A program made the position numbers and the translations under genes. This document shows positions 53,135-64,000 of a stretch of 64,000 nucleotides of DNA, in pieces. The stretch is from Nageia nagi (lineage: Eukaryota > Plantae > Pinophyta). Numbering within the stretch: the stretch's first letter is position 1; the number at the start of each line of letters is the position of its first letter. Below the pieces are notes generated by a model. It was given only the letters and a program-made list of their open reading frames with translations, had not been told where the DNA came from and did no database searches. The stretch is from the NCBI GenBank assembly GCA_050084985.1, contig JBITNC010000001.1, forward strand, positions 211,606,001-211,670,000, given 5' to 3'.

Positions 53135-54545
53135 TTTTATGTTCCAAAATCACCCTCAACAAAAACAAACCAAGCTAGGGCTTCTATAACCCTCAATCAC
53201 CCAATGATTGCCCTCTAGGGCACACAAACACCTCAGTGCACCAACGTGGGCCTCCTAAGTCTTCCTCACTACACACGACACCAAACAATGATCCCACAAA
53301 GTTGACGTTAGCCCCTAGGCTTCTCCAGCACTAAGCTAACCACACGAATGCAACACAACAACAATGGACAACGTAGAAATACCCATGATGGGGCCACACC
53401 ACAATACTGAGCCAGATCAAGCTTCCAACACCAGTATATCACAACGCATGCATACAAAGGGAACAACACAATGATGAGAGACACAAGCTGTATTATATCA
53501 TGGAATAACAATGGAGTACAATGAGGATCTCAACATCCAGATCTAGGGCTCCAAACCCTTGTACAAGCTGAACACCACAAGAAAGACTTATTCCCTCAGA
53601 CTCCGAATCCTCTCTTGTTAAGGAGCCTCCTTGAACCCTGGGGACCATTGAAGGTAGAAGCTCGCCCTCGGAATACCATCGAATGGACTAGGTGACCCAT
53701 CTAAGTCGTAGAATGCCAGGCTCCCAACCCTGTCACTCCTCTAGACACCGTCTAGGAATAATGCTTAGCACTGCCAAGACTTGTATGCCCCATCAAGTTC
53801 AGTATAGAAGAAGTATAATCAATAGCTAACCTCATTATGGAGCTCCATCCTCACTAGATAGTCTCTCCTAGATCTCACCTAGGAATCATGCACGTTGCTC
53901 TCTATTCCAATGTTGCCTAGGGATACCCGTAGTCACAAGATCTAATGGATAGATATGCAACACCTTGGAATAATGCATCACAGCTTAGACAAATGGTCCC
54001 ATTACTATTGCTACTTGCATTGAATACACATCACAACATACTGACATCCCAAGGAGTGGGACGTCACATTTCAAGGGGTCAATATAGAGATGTTCATAGA
54101 TTTCTGTTGGCGGCCACGAAGTGGAAGATTGGTCCGACTGGTGAACTTCAAGAGCCCATAACTCCTTTGTCTCTTGATGAAACCATGTTGTGTGACCTAT
54201 CAAAACATTGCCCACGAGATGCCCTATCCAAAGAACTAATCATATCAACTCTTCGAGACCTGTGGCGAACTCTACCTTTTGAAAAGGGATACTACAGGGA
54301 TTCCCACAATTCGGGATTACCCACACATAACAACACTACATTGGGATTCCCACAATCTGGGAATACCCATACACGACATCACATGTTACTACTCAAGGGG
54401 AGACGTCCCATTACTGGGCTCACAATGGGGTCCACAGACCATAAGTTCTTGCTTGAGTTATACATGTACAACAAGACCATAAACAAACACTAGATTACAA
54501 AGTGACCATGACACAATTTGTCATTGGCTCAAATGGGATGTCACA
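53135..54545 (-). mobile_element. Nested LTR inserted in gag of the element above
   Basis: Near-identical to 25204-26443 except for a swapped middle; ends gggatgtcaca. It splits gag between LHFEGDA and NYSHITSFDEF. Confidence 0.88.
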
Positions 54546-56789
54546 GGCATCACCCTCAAAGTGCAATAATGCAAAATGAATCGCATCCTCCTCTATTATA
54601 TTCGGGCTCAAAGTAAAGTAGGTCTGCAATTGATGTAGCCAAGCCCTAGCTGTCATCCTCTTGCCATCATATAGGGGTACCTACATTTTGTTGATTTTCT
54701 ACTGCAGATCCCTCTTATCTCCACACGAGTTGCTTTAGGAGAGTTTGCCATGAGAGTTGATGCCTTTCAACCCCAAAATCTACAGGTAGCCGTTGAAGTT
54801 CACGTCTCTCCTCAAAACTGGATCCAGCATGGAATACTTTTTGAAAATCTGGTTCAGCTCTAGAGGGCCAGGGATCCGGTTCTTTGCTTTATTAGTTGAC
54901 TTCTTAGCAAACATGGGCTTGGACGGTTTGGGAATAATGGGCTGCTCCCCTATCTTCCCAACATCCTCATCTAGGAACCTCCCTAGGAGAGGGTTTGTTC
55001 CTTGCAAAGCTCTATGAGAATGAGATCTCAAAAATGTGGGTTCTAGATGACCCATGGATCTGTGATGAGTGGATCTTCTATTTCTCAAATTGCGCGTTCT
55101 TCTCAAGCTCGGCTCTCTCTCCGTCCTGACCTCTTGTGGCTCTTCTTCTTCATCTTGGATAGGATGTGGAGGGCTCACATGCCTTTTTGGCATTTTTTGG
55201 CCTCCAATGAATTTGTTGACAATAGTCATCTGCTTTTGCATGGTGGTTATGACACCCTTCATATTGTGGATGGCCGAGATGAGCTCATTAAACCTCCTCT
55301 CAGGTGTGGACTCTCTAGCCGAAGTAGGGCTTCTCCTGGCCAATGTAGATCTGCCCCTCCCAACCTCATTCTTCTCACCAATATTGTCCTTATTAGGCAC
55401 GTTATTCATCCAAGACTGACGGTCCTCATCATGGGTTGTTCTAGAGAGGGTTTGTTCATGCTATGTCTTTCTGCTCTTCTTTGCAGAAGCCATCTGTCTT
55501 TTGCTGCTAGATCTTGTGTAGTAGTTGTGAATTGTTGGTTTCATTCACAGGTTGGCCAAATCCAAGTTCTGATACCATTGTAGAATCCCAATCACAATTT
55601 CGAATGCAATTAAGCAAATTCACTTAAACAAGCACCCACGTCTAGCCTAGAAGGGTAATTACAAGCATCAAACACCTCCATATGCCAATGTTAGGGCTAG
55701 GGCACCAAATACAAGTCTACACAACACAATAATGCCAACGCATGGCCACAACATGCATGAATGGGCAAATACACCACAACGTTGCAATAATGAACAAGTA
55801 CACAATGTAATATGAGATCTCAATGCCCAATTGTTGTATTAAAGATGTATGATGAACAATGATACAAGGCTTAATGTTGGCCTCCTAGGAGCCAACTGGG
55901 GCACAACAAATATGACCAATGCTGGACGGACATAACACTGAATGGGTAGCCTCACTCCCTCAGAATTTGAATCCTCTCCATCGAAGGAGCTCTCTCCAAA
56001 CCTTGGTGACCAACTATATGGTAGGAATGTGACCTCAGAATGCTACTAGATGAACTAAGGTGCTACCCCTCAGCCGTAGATCAACATGATTCCTCAGCCT
56101 GCTAACCCTCCTAGATGTTGCACGTAGGGATGTGCTTGATGCTGCACAAAGATTGGTGTCCATTGGATGGTATAAGCAATAGTCAATAATATGTATATCC
56201 AACAATGATGCTCCAAGGCCTAATATAGCTAACATTGGATCTGGATCTCACTTCAAAGTTATCACCCAACCCCTCAAATTCCAACGATGGCACCTAGGGG
56301 TCATTCTAGGCCCAACGTGGGTATCTAGGCCTCACTTATGCTCCACGTGGGTCCTCAAGCTCAACATGGGCTTAAGAGGGCATGCATGGGTCAAGGAGGC
56401 ATGCTTGGGCACCTAGGAGACATGCGTGGGTGTCATGGGCCAATGTGGGGTTCTAGGAGTCTCCCCAAGGTTGGTGCATGTGTACAAGTGCTCCCAATGT
56501 CAACGTTGGGGCCATTAGGTGACTATCCATGCTATAAATGCTAAATAAGCCTTGGGATTCCCACAATCATATTTCAGGATCTCCAAGTACATTAAATCAT
56601 ACTAAACTACATCTGGGAGGGAGATGTCCCACTTGGGGTTCACAATGGGGTCCAACGGACCTTTATATGTTCTATCCCAAGTCCTAACTAATAAAGCACA
56701 ATTAAATATGTACAAAGAAGGAATCCGTTGGATTCCAAAATTAAATAGAATACTCAAAAGGAGGATGTCACAATACCACTGTCATAAAA

Positions 56790-59300
56790 TCAGTGGCACT
56801 CTCACACCCCTTTGGGGTGGCATCTTCGCTGGTCTTCATCTCCCATCTGCTTTCTAAGACCTCTTGTACCTTGGGGCTGGTGTGAATGCTTTCCAACTTG
56901 TTTACTACTAGGAAGGGATGTGTAACATTGATTCCCTTTAGTGTGATCTCCTCTTCTTGCTCAAAGAAGTCCATCTTCAACCCTTGATAATTGAAGTGAG
57001 CATTTCTTAGTATTATATGAGGAAACTTTACAACAGTCATTTCAAGGCTGATCCATGCCTCCATATGGTGTAAAGAGAGTTTCCAAGGGTGGATGTCACC
57101 CTCACAACTCTTTGAAGATATTTTACTCTTTTGTGCAACTATTCCATAAACATCAAAATCTTCAAAACATTTCGAATGACTGTCATAAAACTTAAAATGA
57201 TTGCCGTATCTTGCTGATCCATGGCTCTAAAGTTTGCTCAATCACTCTGTAACATATATTTACTTTTCCTTTGGTCTCATGCACAACATTATTCTGAATA
57301 CCTCCTTTGAAATCTGTCCATTAAATTCTCATGCCTTGTAAGTAAGCATATGTGAAATCCATCATCTTGTGTTTAATATAAGCATATATGAGGCCTACCA
57401 AGTCATGTCTAATATTTAGATGACTCTTATATGTTTTTCCAACAGCTGAAACATTCATATATACCTTTCTTTATGCTTCTTCATACTGCTGTTCTGAGAT
57501 TACAGTGTAGTACAGTGTTCAGATTCCTCTTTCCAAACATGCCTTCATCTTGGTCAATTAAAACATGGACTATTTCTCTAGATTGGGTGTTTATGGTACC
57601 AAGTAATGTTGTTGTATGAAAGAACCATCCAATTCTATGCTTCATTAGTCTGTGACTATTCAACCATGAAACCCATAAGAAGGAAGCCAAACTAAGTATG
57701 CTGCTGTTATAACAATTAGAATTCATGACATACCTCATGGTAGTGATCTCATGACCGTCCCTTGTCTTAACATAGCGCCAATGCGACTTCAAAGAGTGGA
57801 AGTCCCCTTTCAAACTTTCTACTGACTTTACAACAATGATGCGGGCTCCATCCATCCCATACTAGATGAATAGTTGGTTGATATTTTGTAAACAAAGGTC
57901 AAGGTTGAGTTCAAACCTTTTTGACACAAGTCCATAGCTTAACTCAAACCCATTATTTATATTTTGCTCATCATGAAAAATCTTTTCTTTGAACCAATCA
58001 TTTTCTAATTCAAGGAAACTGAAGTTTTGGAAATCTAATTGGCATCCATCAAAGCTAACATTCAAGCAATTGACTTGGAAACTTCATCTATATCATGTTC
58101 CAATGTAACCAAGGCATGAATACCAAAACAACGGTTATAGAAATCATACCTCATAAAAACATTATTGTGGGTGAACCATGATTTCAAATAGTGTCTAGAT
58201 GCTTCTACAAGTGTGATGTCTCATTCAAAATGCTCCCAAGCTTCCTTGAGAATGGAATAAATCGCTAGGGGTCCACACATTGCCCCATAAGTGTCTTCTT
58301 CTCCCACTCTTGTCCTAAAAATGCTAGTGGTCCCATCTTTCCTTCCATTGGCTTGCATATCTTCATGCATGGAGCTAAAATACTGAAGCAAATCTGAATG
58401 TGAATTTGAGCCATCATTAAACTCAATGTATGGGCTAAGCAAGGGGTGATCCACGTTCTTCATCATCATTGTTTCTTGCTCAATGGCACCCGGATACCAT
58501 GGAACTATGTGCTGATGTTCCTTAATTAAAAGGGTGCGCTCAAGGTGTACCTCATCAATGGCTGATGTATTAAACAAATTATACCTCAAAGACTTTTTGA
58601 TATGCTCTCGTTTGAAGGCACAATAGTGGTCTCAACAATGCTATCATCATCTTCACAAAAATCATCTTGGGACATTAACATACATACCTAATGTGATGTG
58701 GAATTACCAATTCCTGATTTGAATTCTTCCTTGCTAGGTGCTTGCTTACTTTCAAGAACAATATTGGTTGTTCCTATGACATCTTTTTGGCATGATTCCT
58801 CCTTGGGCAAGTTAATGTCTACTTCATTTGGCATAGTCCCTCGTTTATTAAGTGGTGCTTCTTGATGTTGGGCGACATCTTTGTTTTCTTCTTCATGTGG
58901 TGGAGTGATATCCACAATTTCTACTATGTCGTTCTTCTTCTTCAATTTTCAAGAAAGGTTTCAACTTCCTTTCAAAGTGCTTGCTCTCCTTGCCAATTCT
59001 TTTTCCCAAAATCCTCAAGTAACTTTCAAAAGAAACTATTTGCTTGAAATCAATGCTCTTACCTTGGTATTGTGCAAAATATGTATCCATGTGATTTCGT
59101 CCATTCCCTTGATCTTGTGCGGCTTCCCTAGGCTCCTTTTGCAATGTTCTAGGTCGTTCTTGATGTGGTTGGGGGCGAGAGAGACCATCTACCTTGCTCA
59201 CTAGTTGGGTTAACAAGTCTATCATGGTCTTCCATTGCGCTTGTGGTTTGTCTGTCATTTCTTCAATTTGTAGTTCTTATTCCTTCATCCGCAATGTTTG
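56790..59300 (-). mobile_element. Degraded Gypsy internal region
   Basis: gag N-terminal-like ORF 58893-59258 (YFAQYQ...VSFESYL, compare IFKKYS...VNFNGYL at 54780). Protease-tail-like HFNYQGLKMDF...ITLKGI at about 57000. Confidence 0.55.
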
Positions 59301-59307
59301 TGAAAAT

Positions 59308-60733
59308 TGAAATATCCCCAAAATATTTTCAAGTGCAAATTAGCCAAATAATGATCAAATAATAACAAAATACACCCTTAAGCATGCCACGTTTGAACTA
59401 GGGCATCAAACATGCAAAAACAAGCCGTGAATGCCAACAATTTACTTTATAAACACGAATATCACTCAAATGCCCAACGTCATGCACAATGAGACAAGAT
59501 TGCACCAAACACACACAATGATGAGACAATAATGAGATCCAATATGCCACGGCTTCAATTAGAAAGATAAGGATGAGTACAATACCGAACTGGCCCAAGA
59601 AGGCTCAACGTTGGCCTCCAAGGAGTTAACTAGGGCATACAAGATGCAAATATGATAACTACTGGAACAATGAATGGGACAGCCACAATCCCTTAAGATA
59701 TGAATCCTCTCCACTAAAGGAGCCCTAAAGGAGCCCTCACTAAATCCTGGAAACCAACTGAATGGTAGGAATGCAACCTCAAATACCATCGGTTGGACTA
59801 AGATGTTGCACCTTAGCTGTAGATTAGCAAGATCCCTTAGCCCGCTAACCCTCCTAGATGCTACACATAGGGAAAGATTGCTCGGTGCTATGCCAAGACT
59901 TGTGCCTTCTGAACAGAAGAAGAGATAATCAATAATTCAACATATCCATGCAATGATGTGAATCTCCTTTATATAACAATCCTTGGATTTGCATCTCACC
60001 TAGAAACCATCACTACAACCTCCAAGTCCAACATTAGCCTCCTAGAGACTCTCAATTGCCTAAACGTGGGGTGAGATGTCTCCTAGGTATCATACATATG
60101 CCAACGCTACCTAGGGATGTCAATAATCATATTTAGTTACAAGATCCAATGGCTAGATATGCAGCGCCTCATTATTGGAGACTAATATTGCATTTACAAT
60201 TATTAATTGCCTTGGAATCATGTATTAGCATTCATACAAGTGGCCCTCATAAAACATACTAAATCTACTCTTAATTATTAAGTTTTCACCTAAATACAAT
60301 CCATAACTAACTCATATCCCAAGGAGCGGGACATCACATTTCAAGGGTGCAATATGTGGTTGTTCTTGGATTTCCGTGAGTGGTCGTGATATGGAAGATT
60401 GATCCAACTGGCAAACTTCAAGAGGCCATAACTCTTTCGTTTCCTTATGAAACCATGTCATATAACCTATCAAAACGTTTCCCAAGGGATGCTCTATCCA
60501 ATGAACAAATCAAATCAACTCTCCAAGACCTGTGGTGAACGCCATCCTCAAATAATGCATCCTAAGCTTGGAAGGAAGATGTCCCATTTTGGGGTTCACA
60601 ATGTGGGTCCATAGGACTATTAAATTCTATCCCAAGTAACTAGCAACAAATAGATACATAAATAAAATATTTACAAAAAGGGAATCCTTAGGATTTGAAA
60701 ATTAATTATCTTTTAAAAAAATGAGATGTTAGA
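59308..60733 (-). mobile_element. Family-A LTR with captured middle segment
   Basis: tgaaatatcccc...gagatgttaga; followed on the + strand by the reverse-complement PPT ctcccctctc. Confidence 0.85.
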
Positions 60734-61825
60734 AACCCTCCCCTCTCAAAATTGCTTGCCCTCAGCAATTACAATACAATCCAGGGTCTCAAACCCATCT
60801 CAAAGAATAGAGTCCATCATGCTCAAGTGAAGAAATCATATCAACTATGCATCCAACAAACTCAGCCTCAAGAGTGTGCTCAACCGCCCTCCAAAAATAA
60901 GCAAGTGTATGATACTCAGGTCTTAAATAAAAATCAGTGTGCAATGGCTCAAAATCAGTCCTCAAGACTTCCCAATAAATATACAAACATGTATCGATAG
61001 TTGGCAAAAAGGTTGCCAATGTTGGGTCTCCATAATTACACTCAAATGGTGCAAGGAGTGCCAACCAAAGGGTCTCTAACTGTGTTCTGATGGCAGCCAA
61101 CAAATCAATAATTCAAATATCAAACATAATCCAAACAAAGCCTCTTATCATCACCAAACAGTCATCAATGATGGTAGCCATTAAGACAAGGATAGCAGTC
61201 ATCTTTTTGAAACTATTTCCAGCCATGTTAGTGATGGAAGAAATACATAACAGGTCTGAAATTTTAGAGCACTCATCTTCATTTATATCAATCAACCATG
61301 CATCACATCTTGAAATATGAACAGCCATCTTGCAAGGAGTATTTTCAGCCATTTTGGTAAGAAAAAGAGTGCATATCAGCTCTGAAAATGCAACAACCTT
61401 ATTTTCGTTTAACTCAGTCCCAATTGAGCACCAAATGAAGTGAAAACATGTATCATCATTTCCCAAATCAGCAACATACTTATACCCCCAAAGGACAGTC
61501 ATTTTATTTTCTCCTAAGGCAACTTTTCCATGCAACATAGGTAAAAAAATGCAGGAATAGGTCTGTTATAAAAATCAGCAAATAATGCATTCCAAACCTG
61601 AACGCTGGGGCTGAAATTTTGAGGATTATAAGTGGATAAAGTGTCCCAAACAGTCTTCCGTCTTCCCCTATCAAATGCTGCCCTTAAGATGTACCAACTC
61701 TGCTCAAAGAAGGTTGAAATCAAATCTGAAATTTTCCCTCCTAAATTAGCCCATGCCAAGCACAAAGATGAAGAGTCAAACGTCCTTGTGGTGTGTTTGT
61801 AATATTGCTTTTGACACTTTTAAAG
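60734..61825 (-). mobile_element. 3' internal region of a non-autonomous element, copy 1
   Basis: PPT-adjacent aattgcttgccctcagcaat; 60734-61500 is a direct repeat of 62967-63737. Confidence 0.8.
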
Positions 61826-62966
61826 TGTAGAATCCCAAATACAAATTCAAGTTCAATTAAACAAATTCACACAAGTATACTCCAATGTCTGACCTAGGGC
61901 ATCCATATAAAGCTTAAGCAATGCAATAATGGCAACGTTTGGCCTATGATAGAAGATACAAGTATTCAACACCTCACAATGCCAATGTATGGCTCATACA
62001 ATCATACACAGGTACAACACAATAATGAGATCCAATAGCCCACAACTTGTATTAAAGATGTATGATGAACAAAGATATAATACCAAGCCCATAGACCTTA
62101 ACGTTGGCCTCCAAGGAGGCAACTAGGGCATAACGAATATGATCAGTGCTGGATGAACGGAACACTGAATGGGACAACCTCACTCCCTCAGAATCTGAAC
62201 CCTCTCCACCAAAGGAGCTCTCCTCAAACCCTGGCAACCAACTAAATGGTAGGAATGTGACCTTGGAATGCCACTGGATGGACTAAGGTGCTACATCTCA
62301 GCCGTAGATCAACATGATCCCTCAACTTGTTAACCCTCCTAGATGCTGCACCTAGGGATGTTGCTTGACCCTGTGCCAAGACTTCTCTTCTCTGGATGGT
62401 ATGAGCAATAATCAATATTTGTATATCCATGCAATGATTCTCCAATGCCTAATATAGCTCAAGCCTGGATCTAGAACATCACCTTGGAATCATCCATGTT
62501 TGACCTACCCAACGTTAGCCTCCTAGGGGCCCTCAAATACCTCAAACATGTCATAAATGCCCATGCGTGGGGTGTAGAGCCTCCCTAAGGCATGACGTGG
62601 GCCTCCTGGGGTGATGGGATGCCTCCAAGTCCAACGTTGGGATCCTAGAAGCCCCCCCATGTCATGCGTTGGGTTTCTAGGAGTTGTACATGTGCCAAGA
62701 TCCTATTTACATGTTTATACAAGGCCTTGGGATTCCCACAATCAATTCTCGGGATCTCCAAGTACATTAAATAAAATTTAAAATCATGTTAGCCTATGCT
62801 TGGGAGGAAGATGTCCCACTTGGGGCTCACAGTGGGGTGCAACGAACCTTTATAATTTCTATCTCAAGTACTAACAACTAATGCATAATTAAATAAATAA
62901 ATATTTACAAAGGGGGAATCTGTGGGATTCCATAATTAATTACGTTTTGCAAAAAGGGACGTCACA
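61826..62966 (-). mobile_element. Family-A LTR (3' LTR)
   Basis: tgtagaatccc...gggacgtcaca, followed by the reverse-complement PPT ctcccctttc. Confidence 0.9.
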
Positions 62967-64000
62967 AGGCCTCCCCTTTCAAAATTGCTTGCCCTCAAGC
63001 AATTACAATACAATCCAGAGTCCCAAACCCACCTCAAAGAATAGAGTCCATCATGCTCAAGTGAAAAAATCATATCAACTATGCATCCAACAAACTCAGC
63101 CTCAAGAGTGTGCACAACCACGCTCCAAAAATCAGCAAGTGTGTGATACTCAGGTCTGAAATAAAAATCAGCTTGCAATGTCTCAAAATCAGTCCTCAAG
63201 ATCAATGTACAAACATGTATCGATAGTTGGCAAAAAGGTTGCCAATGTTGGGTCTCCATAATTACACTCAAATGGTGCAAGGAGTGCCAACCAAAAAGTC
63301 TCTAACTGTGTATTGATGGCAGCCAACAAATCAGTACTTGAAATACCAACAATAATCCAAACAAAGCCTCTTATCATCACCAAACAGTCATCAATGATTG
63401 TAGCCATTAAGATAGGGGTAGCAGTCATCTTTTTAAAACTGTTTTTAGCCCTGTTAGTGATGGAACATATACATAACAGGTATGAAATTTTAGTGCATTC
63501 ATCTTCATTTAAATCAGCCAACAAATCAACCAAGCATGCATCACATCTTGAAATATGAACAACCATCTTGCAAGGAGTATTTTCAGCCATTTTGGTAAGA
63601 AAAAGAGTGCCTATCAGATCTGAAAATGCAACAACCTTATTTTCATTTAACTCAGTTCCCAATTGAGCACCAAATGAAGTGAAAACATGAATCATCATTT
63701 TCCAAATCAGCAACAAACTTATTCCCCAAAGGACAACCCCTATTAAGAGAAGAGCATTCCTTATATCATCTTCAACAGTCCTTCTTGCATCAACAATAGT
63801 GCAGCCTTTACTGAGTGTGTATTAGTCCCAAAGACATGAGCAAAGAATACAACAATAGTCGCATTTTTATCAGCAATTAATGCAGCCCCTATCAAGTGAA
63901 TAACAATCCCAGAATGGTGTTCGATTGGTGCAATAGCAGTCCTACTCTTAACAACAAATAAGATGCCCTTCCATGCTTGGACGTTTCCTCCAAAATTGTT
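62967..64000 (-). mobile_element. 3' internal region of a non-autonomous element, copy 2 (runs off window)
   Basis: Closely similar to 60734-61500; the minus-strand ORFs 63189-63716 and 61113-61538 are paralogous. Confidence 0.8.

Larger units (their letters stand above)
50575..56772 (-). mobile_element. Non-autonomous Gypsy element: 5' LTR, PBS, gag, protease, 30-bp repeat array, PPT, 3' LTR (no RT/RH/IN)
   Basis: 5' LTR 56772-55579; PBS tggtatcagaac at 55577-55566. gag remnants at 55409-52600; protease VMVLIDLRASHNFID...HIILGVKWLFELG at 52532-52100. PPT gagaggggag at about 51110-51101; truncated 3' LTR 51097-50575, very similar to the 5' LTR. Confidence 0.88.

Noticed and set aside
53945-54493. 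182-aa ORF as a real gene
   Set aside because: It lies inside an LTR and crosses the junction of the swapped segment; the paralogous segment at about 60100-60545 has no equivalent ORF.

Overview
Eukaryotic plant genomic DNA. The very large, LTR-filled introns and the DYW-PPR relics suggest a gymnosperm-type genome, which is an inference. The main gene is a + strand Mediator subunit 23 (MED23), with 8 exons traceable from ATG 11020 to 49040 (about 742 aa after correcting one frameshift); it continues past the window end. Exon 4 carries a 2-bp (CA) slippage frameshift at about 22127-22135, followed by an in-phase cryptic acceptor at 22167. The introns (up to >15 kb) are packed with Ty3/Gypsy material: about 14 copies or fragments of one LTR superfamily (TGT(G/A)AC...ACA, U3 with ~30-bp CCAACGTGGG repeats), four of them solo LTRs with perfect 5-bp TSDs. 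They also hold a second long-LTR family starting TGTTGTGCCC, a truncated Ty1/Copia, and a pol-less gag-protease element with a 17 x 30-bp in-frame repeat array where RT/RH/IN should be. Upstream (about 1.8-9 kb), degenerate PPR-E/DYW fragments are interleaved with CACTA-like remnants and end in a 68-bp subterminal repeat array and a CACTA TIR. All family assignments come from motif recognition by eye; no database search was run.
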